From NCBI GenBank assembly GCA_007280145.1, contig QYPU01000040.1:1-32124 (forward strand): 32,124 nt of DNA, given 5' to 3'. The notes beneath the pieces are model-generated. The model was not told where the DNA came from and did not search any database. It was given only the letters and a program-made list of their open reading frames with translations. The position numbers were made by a program, and so were the translations under genes. Every line of letters starts with the position of its first letter. Positions within the stretch are counted from its first letter, which is position 1. Positions 1 to 8,568 of this stretch are shown here, in pieces. Source of the stretch: Dehalococcoidia bacterium. GTDB taxonomy: Bacteria; Chloroflexota; Dehalococcoidia; GIF9; UBA5629.

Positions 1-166
1 ACCCTTCACCATGACGTTACGTTCAAAGCAATACTAAGCACCCGGCTCAGGTTAAACTAACGCCAATATACCAAATAGTCAACATCACAGGCAATTACTA
101 ACGAGGCAATTTGGCAATCCCTTTGCCGTGGACCATGTGCTTTTATAACTCAGTTTACGCTCAGAG

Positions 167-1303
167 CTAAGATGCAGGCAGGTGATTCTTTGCAGTATCA
201 ATCATCGCTTTGACATTGTCAAATTTGGCATCTATGGGGCACTCACACCCGGTGCTGAGAATAAAACCCCCTCCGTCACCAACAACGTCTATTAGTTTCT
301 CGCAATATTCGGTAACATCTTCAGGTGTGCCCAAAGCAAGCTTAGACGCTGGCACATCTCCCATAATGCACATGTGGCCTTCCAATACTTCTTTTGCCCT
401 AAAGATATCGGTGGTACTATCAAGTTCACATATACACTTACCTTTAGGTAAATCTTTTAGATAGGGAAGATTCATCGTCCAGTCGGTGTCAAAGTGTAAT
501 GTGGTCGTGAGTCCCTCGGCAGCGAAGGCATCGACCATTTTCTTCAGGTAGGGAAAGCCAAACCGCTCGAAAATCTTCATCGGGTAGTAGAAACCAGAGC
601 CCCGTTCCAGGGGAAAGAAGACCCAGGGCATACCTGTAGCTTTAATATCGTTCTTGACGTTATCAATAAGGTCGTCAACCATGGCATCCATCGCTGCCTC
701 AACCTTGTCAGGCCGGCGATATAGGTCAAGCGTGAATTGAGTAAGCGACCTGCATAAAGACAGTATCATGGTGCAGCTACAGGTAGTTGCACCAAGCAGT
801 ACCGGTACCCCGCGTTCTTTCCAGGCCTTGGCATCGTCCATATATATCTTACACTGCCTTTTCTGGCTGGCATCTATCTTCTCGACAGAACGACCTGTCA
901 CCCGCGGGAGAAGCTCCTCCAAAAAACCATTCCAACCTTTGCTAATTATCGTATCGTAGTCCTCAACAACCATAATTTCCCGTTCTGCTGCTTGAATTGG
1001 ACTGTCCTCAGGGGCCCCCCTACCCGCCACATACATCGGCGTTGGCGCCGACGATATCCGCCAGCTAGAACTCGGCCAGATAAGGTCGGCTGCAATCTGC
1101 CCATCATAACCTCCCAGGGCATCAAAGGTATCAATAAAGGCCTGAATTGCTCTGTGTGGGTTCTTGTAACCTTCGCTTTGAGGCACACCTTGATACCGAA
1201 GAGGAAACTGCAACATGTAAGGAGCTACTGGAACTCTGTCAGGAATCTCAAGATTAACCGCAGCACGGATTCTTTCCTCTCGGGTCATCATCTCTTTTAT
1301 CAC
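167..1303 (-). CDS. Uroporphyrinogen decarboxylase/MtaA-fold protein, putative corrinoid-dependent methyltransferase (paralog 1)
   Basis: N-terminal MTREERI..PDRVPV, C-terminal GDV..LALGTPEDV..C..LID..G.GGGFILSTGCE. Start re-called at GTG 1303 (GGAGGTG at 1310-1316; matches the MIKE start of its paralogs). Lies downstream of a corrinoid protein gene. Confidence 0.85.
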   Translation of the reverse strand: MIKEMMTREERIRAAVNLEIPDRVPVAPYMLQFPLRYQGVPQSEGYKNPHRAIQAFIDTFDALGGYDGQIAADLIWPSSSWRISSAPTPMYVAGRGAPEDSPIQAAEREIMVVEDYDTIISKGWNGFLEELLPRVTGRSVEKIDASQKRQCKIYMDDAKAWKERGVPVLLGATTCSCTMILSLCRSLTQFTLDLYRRPDKVEAAMDAMVDDLIDNVKNDIKATGMPWVFFPLERGSGFYYPMKIFERFGFPYLKKMVDAFAAEGLTTTLHFDTDWTMNLPYLKDLPKGKCICELDSTTDIFRAKEVLEGHMCIMGDVPASKLALGTPEDVTEYCEKLIDVVGDGGGFILSTGCECPIDAKFDNVKAMIDTAKNHLPAS

Positions 1304-1349
1304 CCATCTCACCTCCTGACAAAACCCTCGCATATACCCACGCTCAGAT

Positions 1350-2489
1350 TCAACAAGCAGGCAGGTGATTCTTAACAGAATCGACCATAGCTTTTACATT
1401 CTCAAATTTGGCATCAACAGGGCACTCACACCCCGTGCTCAGGATAAAACCTCCATCTTTACCAACGACGTCTATCAGTTTCTCGCAGTATGCAGTAACA
1501 TCTTCAGGTGTGCCCAAAGCAAGCTTAGTCGCTGGCACATCTCCCATGATGCACATATGGCCTTTCAGTATCTCTTTTGCCTTGAATATGTCACTGGTAC
1601 TATCAAGCTCACATATACACTTACCTTTAGGTAAATCTTTTAGATAGGGAAGATTCATCGTCCAGTCGGTATCGAAGTGCAGCATAGGCGTGAACCCCTT
1701 GGCAACAAAAGCATCAACCATTTTCTTGAGGTAAGGGAATTCAAATCGCTCAAATATCTTCAGCGGGTAATAGAAACAAGAGCCGCGTTCCAGAGGGAAG
1801 TAAATCCATGGTAAACCTGTAAATCTCATATCATTAGTGATATTTTCAATAAGGTCATCAACCATAGCATCCATTACCGCCTCCACCTTATCAGGAATGC
1901 GATACAAGTCAAGCGTGAATTGAGTCAATGTTCTAGATAATGAGAGTATCATCAAGCAACTCATAGTACTTGCGCCGCTCAAAACGGGAACTCCTCGCTC
2001 CTTCCACCTTTCGGCATCACGCTTACGTATCGCCGCTAGCTTTTTCATGTTTGCGTCCAAGCTCTCGAGAGAACGACCTCTTAGGCGAGGGAGGAATTCC
2101 TCACAAAAACCATTCCAACCTTTGCTGATTATCTTATCATAGTCTTCAACCGTCATAAGTTCCTGCTCTGCTACCTGCAAGCTCTGGTCATCGGAAATAC
2201 GATCTCTGCCTGGCACGACATAAGGTGTTGGCGCCGCACATATCCGCCAGCTGGAAGCTGGCCAAATAAAGTCAGGCTCAATCATAGCATCAAAGCCCCC
2301 CAGGTCATCAAAGGTGTCAGTTAGTGCCTTAAACGCCTTTTCGGCATCTTTTAAACCTTCGGTGTGCTTTATACCCTGATACCGAAAAACAAACTGATAT
2401 ATCAAAGGCACTATCGGCACCCGGTCTGAAACTTCTAGGTTAACAGCAGCCCTAATCCTCTCCTCCCGCGTCATAGTTTCCTTTATCAT
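1350..2489 (-). CDS. Uroporphyrinogen decarboxylase/MtaA-fold protein, putative corrinoid-dependent methyltransferase (paralog 2)
   Basis: Same motifs as 167..1303 (DRVP, LHFDTDW, GGFILSTGCE). ATG directly abuts the stop of the corrinoid gene (TAAATG). Confidence 0.85.
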   Translation of the reverse strand: MIKETMTREERIRAAVNLEVSDRVPIVPLIYQFVFRYQGIKHTEGLKDAEKAFKALTDTFDDLGGFDAMIEPDFIWPASSWRICAAPTPYVVPGRDRISDDQSLQVAEQELMTVEDYDKIISKGWNGFCEEFLPRLRGRSLESLDANMKKLAAIRKRDAERWKERGVPVLSGASTMSCLMILSLSRTLTQFTLDLYRIPDKVEAVMDAMVDDLIENITNDMRFTGLPWIYFPLERGSCFYYPLKIFERFEFPYLKKMVDAFVAKGFTPMLHFDTDWTMNLPYLKDLPKGKCICELDSTSDIFKAKEILKGHMCIMGDVPATKLALGTPEDVTAYCEKLIDVVGKDGGFILSTGCECPVDAKFENVKAMVDSVKNHLPAC

Positions 2490-3122
2490 TTACTTCACCT
2501 CCCTGGCAAATTTCTTGCACATCTCCACACCCTCAGATGCATCATTGGTGCAAGCATCAGCCCCAACATACTCCCCAACTTGCTCAGTCATAATCCCACC
2601 ACCGACGATAATCTTGACTTTGCCTCGTAACCCAGCTTCCTCTACCCCCTTTACCACCTCCTTCATCGACTCAAACGACGGCGTCAATAAACCTGACATC
2701 CCTAAAATGGACGCCCCCGTTTCAACCAATTTGTCTATAAAAACACCCGGCGCTACATCTATTCCCAAGTCGTAGACCTCAAATCCAGCCGCTGTTAGAA
2801 GAGTCCCTGCTATGTCCTTCCCTATATTGTGTATGTCCCCCTTTACCGTCCCCAATACCATCTTACTTAACGGCTCTGCTTGCTTGCCTCCTTCTAGCAA
2901 CGGCTCTACAACTGCCATCGCCTCCTTGAATATCTCGCCCGACACAATTAGCTCGCTGAGAAAATATTCCTTGCTCTTGTACCGCTCCCCAACAATATCC
3001 ATACCCTGACGACATTCATCAACTATAGACATTGGCTCAACACCAGCATCGATTTTCTCACGCACCAGTCTCTTTGCCTCGTCCTCGTTTAATTCAGCTA
3101 TGACATCAGCCAGTTCTGACAT
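2490..3122 (-). CDS. Corrinoid (B12-binding) protein, MtaC/MtbC-like
   Basis: GTVKGDIHNIGK (DxHxxG base-off/His-on motif), GMSGLLT, IIVGGG, N-terminal cap domain (EYFLSELI). AAGGAGG SD. Confidence 0.95.
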   Translation of the reverse strand: MSELADVIAELNEDEAKRLVREKIDAGVEPMSIVDECRQGMDIVGERYKSKEYFLSELIVSGEIFKEAMAVVEPLLEGGKQAEPLSKMVLGTVKGDIHNIGKDIAGTLLTAAGFEVYDLGIDVAPGVFIDKLVETGASILGMSGLLTPSFESMKEVVKGVEEAGLRGKVKIIVGGGIMTEQVGEYVGADACTNDASEGVEMCKKFAREVK

Positions 3123-3225
3123 ACTTCCTCCTTAAAATTTTTGTAACCAAGAATGCATACACGCTGAAGAATAACCCGCCTTTCAACTCGAAGCAGCACT
3201 GCAATGGATAGTATGCTGACCCAGG

Positions 3226-3975
3226 CTACAATCCCAGGTATATCTTTCTTATGCGCTCATCGCTGAGCAGCTCTTTGCCTGTACCCTCAGCGATTATCTT
3301 GCCTTTAGACATAACATAGTTTCTCGTACTCAGGGCAAAGGCAAAGCTAATATCTTGCTCAACAAGCATCGTGTTAATTCCAAGACGTTGAATCTCTACT
3401 ACCTTCTCAAACAAGTCCTCTTTTGTCTTGGGGGCAAGTCCAGTCGACGGTTCATCAAGGCACAGGAGCTTCGGGCTGCTCATTAATGACCTCCCTATGG
3501 CAAGCATAACCCTTTCTCCGCCGGATAATGTCCCCGAGATCTGTTTTCTCCTTTCTTTCAGCACTGGAAATAGCTCAAAAACCCCCTCTAGATTTTTGTT
3601 CCTATCCTTTGGGCATGTGTACGCCCCCGCTTTCAAGTTATCCAGAACCGACAGTTCAGTAAACGGCCTCGCCCTTTCCGGGCAGACAACCAGGCCTCTT
3701 TTCATAATTTCATCCGCCGGCAGATTATCCACTCTCTCTCCATCGAATACCACTTCACCCGTGGTGGTTATTTTGCTCAACATCGCCCTCATTCCTTTCA
3801 TCATGTCCCTCTCCCACCTTGTGAGCCCAACCATAGCCCTGAGCATAGTGGTCTTCCCTGCCCCGTTTGGACCTACCACTGCAACGAACTCTCCGGCATC
3901 AATACTGAAGCTGGCTCCATTCAACACCAGTGCAGTATAGTAACGCACAGTCAAATCCCGTACTTCAAGAAGCAC
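3226..3975 (-). CDS. livF: LIV-family ABC transporter ATP-binding subunit (LivF-like)
   Basis: Walker A GPNGAGKT, LSGGE, LDEPSTGLAP, LVEQ, C-terminal YLG. Confidence 0.9.
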   Translation of the reverse strand: MLLEVRDLTVRYYTALVLNGASFSIDAGEFVAVVGPNGAGKTTMLRAMVGLTRWERDMMKGMRAMLSKITTTGEVVFDGERVDNLPADEIMKRGLVVCPERARPFTELSVLDNLKAGAYTCPKDRNKNLEGVFELFPVLKERRKQISGTLSGGERVMLAIGRSLMSSPKLLCLDEPSTGLAPKTKEDLFEKVVEIQRLGINTMLVEQDISFAFALSTRNYVMSKGKIIAEGTGKELLSDERIRKIYLGL

Positions 3976-4741
3976 CTAAAATCACCCCCTTACCCAGGTA
4001 AGCCTCTATTACCTTGTTGTCACTGGCTATCTCCTCTGGTGTGCCCTGAGCAATGATCTGGCCGAAGTTGAGCACAAGCACTCTATCAACTATCTTCATC
4101 AGGTCCATTAGCTTATGTTCCACGATAAGCATAACCATCTCTTCGGAATGCAGTCTGCCAAATCTCCCCCCTTTATGCAACCTCCTCATCGATTTCCCCA
4201 AGAGGTCGGTTTCAGCAGGGTTTAGTCCACCAAATGGCTCATCAAGTAAAAGCAGCTCAGGTTCGGTGGAAATAGCTCGAGCTATCTCCAGACGCTTTAA
4301 GTCACCATGTGACAGGACAGCAGCCCGTTCCAGCGACAGGTCGGCAATGCCAACAAACTCCAGGGCATCTCGCGCCTTCACAGCCAGTCTTTTGGTCCAC
4401 TCCCCCCTCTTTGCCTTAGTCACCATACAGGCCACCATAACATTCATGATACAAGGTAAGTTGCGAAACGGCTTTACCACCTGGAAGGTCCCTGCAATTC
4501 CCCGTTTGACAATATCGCATGACCTGTGCCGGGTGATATCCTTACCCTTGAATATTATCCTCCCTGAATCAGGCTTCAGCACCCCCATTATGAGCCGCAA
4601 TAGGGTAGTCTTCCCCGAACCATTGGGGCCTATTAGGGCAACCACTTCCCCCTGGTCTATCCGAAAACTCACATTATCGACTGCCACTAGCCCACCGAAC
4701 CGCTTGGTTAAACCTTGAACTTCAAAAAAGGCGTCGGCCAA
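3965..4741 (-). CDS. livG: LIV-family ABC transporter ATP-binding subunit (LivG-like)
   Basis: KRFGGLVAV, GPNGSGKT, TFQ, LEIARA, LLLDEP.GLN, VEH, VIEAYLG; TTG start. Confidence 0.9.
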   Translation of the reverse strand: MADAFFEVQGLTKRFGGLVAVDNVSFRIDQGEVVALIGPNGSGKTTLLRLIMGVLKPDSGRIIFKGKDITRHRSCDIVKRGIAGTFQVVKPFRNLPCIMNVMVACMVTKAKRGEWTKRLAVKARDALEFVGIADLSLERAAVLSHGDLKRLEIARAISTEPELLLLDEPFGGLNPAETDLLGKSMRRLHKGGRFGRLHSEEMVMLIVEHKLMDLMKIVDRVLVLNFGQIIAQGTPEEIASDNKVIEAYLGKGVILGAS

Positions 4742-4742
4742 T

Positions 4743-6440
4743 TTAGTCCACCTCCTCTCTTAGCTCTCTTCGTGATACCTTGCCAACATCTGTCTGTGGG
4801 ATTTCTCCCTTGAATTCCACGACCTTAGGGATTTTAAAATGGGCTATCTTACCCTCACAATATTTCATGATGTCCTCTTCGGATAATTCTCCCCTGGCAT
4901 CACTCTCAAGCACTACCACCGCTTTAACAATCTCCCCTGCCCTGGGATCCTTAACCCCGACAACCCCCACATCTTTGACCTGGGGATGCTTTTTTATAAC
5001 TTCCTCTACCTCTCGGGCAAAGACAGCATGACCTTTGTACTTAATCATGTCCCTCTTTCTATCATAGAAATAACCATAGCCTTCCTCATCCATACTTCCC
5101 AGGTCACCGGTCCTCATCCACACCTCACCATCTATGTCTACAAACCTTTCCTCATTTTCCTTGGGGCGCTTCCAATAACCCTTCATTACCTGGGGACCTC
5201 TAACAGCAATCTCACCCACTTCCCCAACGGGCAGGAATTCGTTCTTTTCGGGATGGAGAATCGCAAACATCGTGGAGGGATAAGGTACACCGAACGAGCC
5301 TAACTTGATTCTGTTATAGGGGTTGTAGGAAATTATGGCAACTGTCTCACTCTGCCCGTAACCTTCGCATAGCCTCCGGCCGGTCCGTCTTTCAAAGCCG
5401 TTAGCTGTTTCCAAAAGAAGAGCATCAGCTCCAGAAGAAACATAATGCAATTTTTTCCAATCCACCCTATCCGTCTTTTCGTAGTCCTTTAAAGCATCAT
5501 ATATGCTTGGAGCACCGACAAATGTGGTTGCTTTATATGTTTGCATATAGCCTAAGAGCTCATCAAGGTCAGTACTGGCAGTTACTATTCCGGTATATCC
5601 CCGGAGTAGTCCGTTAGTCAAGGCTATTTGCCCGGCAGCATGATACATGGGCATATAAGCTATCCCCGTCTCTTCGCCCTCGTGAAGTAGACCCCTCAGT
5701 GAGGTATTGAGTTGCAGTTCATTAGCTACATAGTTGTAATGGGTAAGCATAGCAGCCTTGGGTAGCGCAGTCGTTCCCCCGGTATATTGCAGGGTTGCTA
5801 AATCTTCCTTGGGATTGAACTCAATTTTTGGCGGGTCAGGAGGATACTTCTTGAGTAAATCTTGAAGTTGATAGAAGCCCTCCCTTTCGATGATCTCGGT
5901 AGATGGCAGTGCCATCCTCTCATAGACAGAGCTCAACACACTCTTCCCCATGAACCTCTTGAAGCGAGGCAGGTATTCTCCAATATCCGTCAGAATAACA
6001 TTCCTCAGCTTCACCCCCGCCTTCTCAACGATACCATAGAGTATGTTCAAACAGATAATGTCCTCGGCCTCGCTGTCCTCAAGTTGGTGCTTGACCTCAG
6101 GAGAAACATACATCGGGCTAATCAGGGTTAAGACGGCGCCTGCCTTGAGCGCACCGTAGTAGGCTATGGCATACTGAGGCGAGTTCAACAGAAGTATGGC
6201 AACTGTGTCCCCCTTCCTCACACCCAGGTCACACAGGGCAGTCGCAAACCTGTCTACCTGGTCCTTTAGGTCCAGGTAGCTTATTTTCCTGCCGTAGAAT
6301 ATTACGGCAGTCTTATCCTTCCACCTTGCCACCGATTCGTCAAAAAGCTCAGGCAGGGATTTCTCAGGCACCTCGACCTCAGCCGGGACTCCCTCAGGGT
6401 AGAACTTAATCCATGGTCTTTCATGGTATACCGTTTTCAT
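4743..6440 (-). CDS. Acyl-CoA ligase (FadD-like AMP-binding enzyme)
   Basis: QYTGGTTALPKA, EGYGQSE, RTGDLG, DRKRDMIK, GKVSRR. Start re-called at ATG 6440 (GGAGGT at 6448-6453). Confidence 0.92.
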   Translation of the reverse strand: MKTVYHERPWIKFYPEGVPAEVEVPEKSLPELFDESVARWKDKTAVIFYGRKISYLDLKDQVDRFATALCDLGVRKGDTVAILLLNSPQYAIAYYGALKAGAVLTLISPMYVSPEVKHQLEDSEAEDIICLNILYGIVEKAGVKLRNVILTDIGEYLPRFKRFMGKSVLSSVYERMALPSTEIIEREGFYQLQDLLKKYPPDPPKIEFNPKEDLATLQYTGGTTALPKAAMLTHYNYVANELQLNTSLRGLLHEGEETGIAYMPMYHAAGQIALTNGLLRGYTGIVTASTDLDELLGYMQTYKATTFVGAPSIYDALKDYEKTDRVDWKKLHYVSSGADALLLETANGFERRTGRRLCEGYGQSETVAIISYNPYNRIKLGSFGVPYPSTMFAILHPEKNEFLPVGEVGEIAVRGPQVMKGYWKRPKENEERFVDIDGEVWMRTGDLGSMDEEGYGYFYDRKRDMIKYKGHAVFAREVEEVIKKHPQVKDVGVVGVKDPRAGEIVKAVVVLESDARGELSEEDIMKYCEGKIAHFKIPKVVEFKGEIPQTDVGKVSRRELREEVD

Positions 6441-6546
6441 CTCTTTAACCTCCACATAAGAATGGCACACATCTCAAGCTCAATGGCCTTTATAACCCAG
6501 GCACCTTCTCTGAAAAAATGCCCAGCATGGAAACAAACGCCACCTA

Positions 6547-7617
6547 TCAATCCTTCACTGTCTCCAACTTCTTCCGCTCCGTATGCAGGTGTGCCCCGCA
6601 GGCCCTGCACTCCTGCCGGCTCATGGCATTGATTAACTTGCACCTCGGGCATTGTTTCTCAATTTTGTCTCTTGCCCACGGGACAATTCCTTCAGGCATA
6701 AATAGTATGATGAGGACCACAAGACAGGCATAGACAAACATCCGCAGCTCCGGGATGACTCGGAGCAATTCCATAACTGGATAGAGAACGAAAACACCGG
6801 TTACTGCTCCGCCGATTGTACCCATCCCTCCGAAAATCGTCCATATGATTGGGCTGAACGACCAGAGCAGGTCCAGCATCATTGGCCCGGCCACTCGCAT
6901 AACATGGACATATAAACCACCAGAAATTCCGGCAAAGAAAGCACTGACGCCGAAAGCTGCCAGCTTATACCTTGTGGTGTCGATTCCCGAACACCGTGCC
7001 GAAATCTCGTCTTCCTGAATGGCCCGAAAGGCAAGCCCCGTTCTGATAAGTGAACTTCTGGCATCGGTGAACTTCCACATTGCCAGTACAGAGGCTACCA
7101 TCACAATGAACGTGGTATAGTAGGCAGCCACCCGGCTCTGACAAAGAGCGCTCACTCCCGAGATGCCCTTCTCTCCACCAGTAAAATCAACGAAAACAAG
7201 AACGATGCCAGCGAGTATCAGGGGAAAGGTCAAGCTGACTAGAGTGAAATAGGTGCCCCTCAACCTCATAGACGGAATGGCTATGATGAATCCCGCCAGC
7301 ATTGCCACAAGCGCCCCACAGGGTATTGTTGCCCAGGGCACCCAACCAAGATCTCTGCTGAGGATAGCAGCAGTATAGGCGGCAATGGCAAACAGGGCAC
7401 CCTGTCCCATGTTGAACTGTCCGGTGAAGCCAGCAAGAACATCCCAACTCGCAGCATAGATGGCAAACACATTGACAAAGATGAGAACGAGCAGGATATA
7501 CGGCTCCTGGGTAACAAGCGGTACGAAGCACAAAAGCAGGAGACAGAAGAACGCCATCGCCCGGCCCGGGATGGCCATTATATTGCCTTGAAATGCCTTG
7601 TATAGCCCACGAATCAT
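6547..7617 (-). CDS. livM: LIV-family ABC permease (LivM-like) with C-terminal CxxC-x10-CxxC zinc ribbon
   Basis: GFTGQFNMG, RLRGTYF, TGGEKG, AIQEDE, IFGGMGT, MPEGI, then CPRCKLINAMSRQECRACG. Confidence 0.9.
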   Translation of the reverse strand: MIRGLYKAFQGNIMAIPGRAMAFFCLLLLCFVPLVTQEPYILLVLIFVNVFAIYAASWDVLAGFTGQFNMGQGALFAIAAYTAAILSRDLGWVPWATIPCGALVAMLAGFIIAIPSMRLRGTYFTLVSLTFPLILAGIVLVFVDFTGGEKGISGVSALCQSRVAAYYTTFIVMVASVLAMWKFTDARSSLIRTGLAFRAIQEDEISARCSGIDTTRYKLAAFGVSAFFAGISGGLYVHVMRVAGPMMLDLLWSFSPIIWTIFGGMGTIGGAVTGVFVLYPVMELLRVIPELRMFVYACLVVLIILFMPEGIVPWARDKIEKQCPRCKLINAMSRQECRACGAHLHTERKKLETVKD

Positions 7618-8489
7618 TATAGCCTCTCTTCCTCAAAGGTTACGCCGAAAAGTCCCTCCGGCCTCAGGAATAGTATTACAACCACTATTGCCAGAGCTAC
7701 AGCGCCCTTTATGAAGCTTCCTTCAGGAATCAGAAAAACGACGAGTACTTCGACATATCCCAGGATAAAAGCTGCGATAAAACTCCCTTTCATACTCCCC
7801 AAACCGCCAAGGATAACGGCCGCGAACATCATTACCAGCGGATGCGCCCACATGTAAGGGTTTACGACATATGTTGGCGCTACCACCGCACCGGCTACTG
7901 CTGCCAGGGCCACTGCCAGGGCCATACTAATCATAGCTGTCTTGTTACCATTTATTCCCATAAGATTAGTAACCTCTTTGTCCTGAGCGGTAACTCTAAC
8001 TGCAAGACCCAGGTTAGTCCAGTAAAGAAAAGCAGCAACGGCCAGCAGACACACCGCAGTGATTCCAACTATGAGCAGTTGCTGAATGGGAATCGTCACA
8101 CCGATTATGTCGACATTCCCGGCAATAAAAGGGGCAACCCCTCGATAGACGCCGCTGAATAGCAGGAGCATCAATTCTTGAAAGGCCAGTGCCAGTGCCA
8201 CCGTCATCAGTATCACGGCTCCTTCATGCTCTCGTATCCGCTCAAGGAACGCCTTATAGCAGGCTACTCCCACAGCAGTAACAAGCACTATAGAGATAAC
8301 GATTGATAAAAATGTATTCAAACCAAGCATGGATGTAGCTGTGAACAGCATATAGGCAGCCAGCATAAAGAACGCGGTATGAGCCAGATTCACTATCCTG
8401 GCTACGCCGAAGATGAGTGAAAATCCCACTGCCAGAGAGGCATATACCGCACCAACCATCGCCCCCCGCAGCAATATCATCTGTAGCAT
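7617..8489 (-). CDS. livH: LIV-family ABC permease (LivH-like)
   Basis: GFSLIFGV..VNLAH, GLAVRV..QD, ILGGLGS, RPEGLFG. Start re-called at ATG 8489 (AGGAG at 8495-8499). TAATG overlap with livM. Confidence 0.9.
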   Translation of the reverse strand: MLQMILLRGAMVGAVYASLAVGFSLIFGVARIVNLAHTAFFMLAAYMLFTATSMLGLNTFLSIVISIVLVTAVGVACYKAFLERIREHEGAVILMTVALALAFQELMLLLFSGVYRGVAPFIAGNVDIIGVTIPIQQLLIVGITAVCLLAVAAFLYWTNLGLAVRVTAQDKEVTNLMGINGNKTAMISMALAVALAAVAGAVVAPTYVVNPYMWAHPLVMMFAAVILGGLGSMKGSFIAAFILGYVEVLVVFLIPEGSFIKGAVALAIVVVILFLRPEGLFGVTFEEERL

Positions 8490-8507
8490 AATAGCTCCTA
8501 ACACGAA

Positions 8508-8557
8508 CAGTTGGAAGAACGCCCGCACACTAGAAGTGTGAGGCGTTCTTCCAACTG
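8508..8557 (-). promoter_or_regulatory. Long intergenic hairpin 3' of binding-protein gene (16-bp perfect stem plus 6-bp inner stem, no U-tract)
   Basis: CAGTTGGAAGAACGCC (8508-8523) / GGCGTTCTTCCAACTG (8542-8557); inner CACACT/AGTGTG. Confidence 0.75.
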
Positions 8558-8568
8558 CAATTTACAAT

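Noticed and set aside
1-166. Possible cobalamin riboswitch or GGCAAT repeats downstream of the B12 cluster
   Set aside because: No recognisable B12-box or conserved core; repeats are short and irregular; truncated by the window edge
161-169. TAG stop of a methyltransferase-like gene as possible pyrrolysine
   Set aside because: TAG is at the same C-terminal position as the stops of its paralogs, is followed by TGA two codons later, and the protein is not MtmB/MtbB/MttB family
1344-1355. Cys-TGA ending as possible selenocysteine
   Set aside because: Another TGA follows after one codon, paralog 3 has Arg-TGA at the same site, and no SECIS-like hairpin is evident
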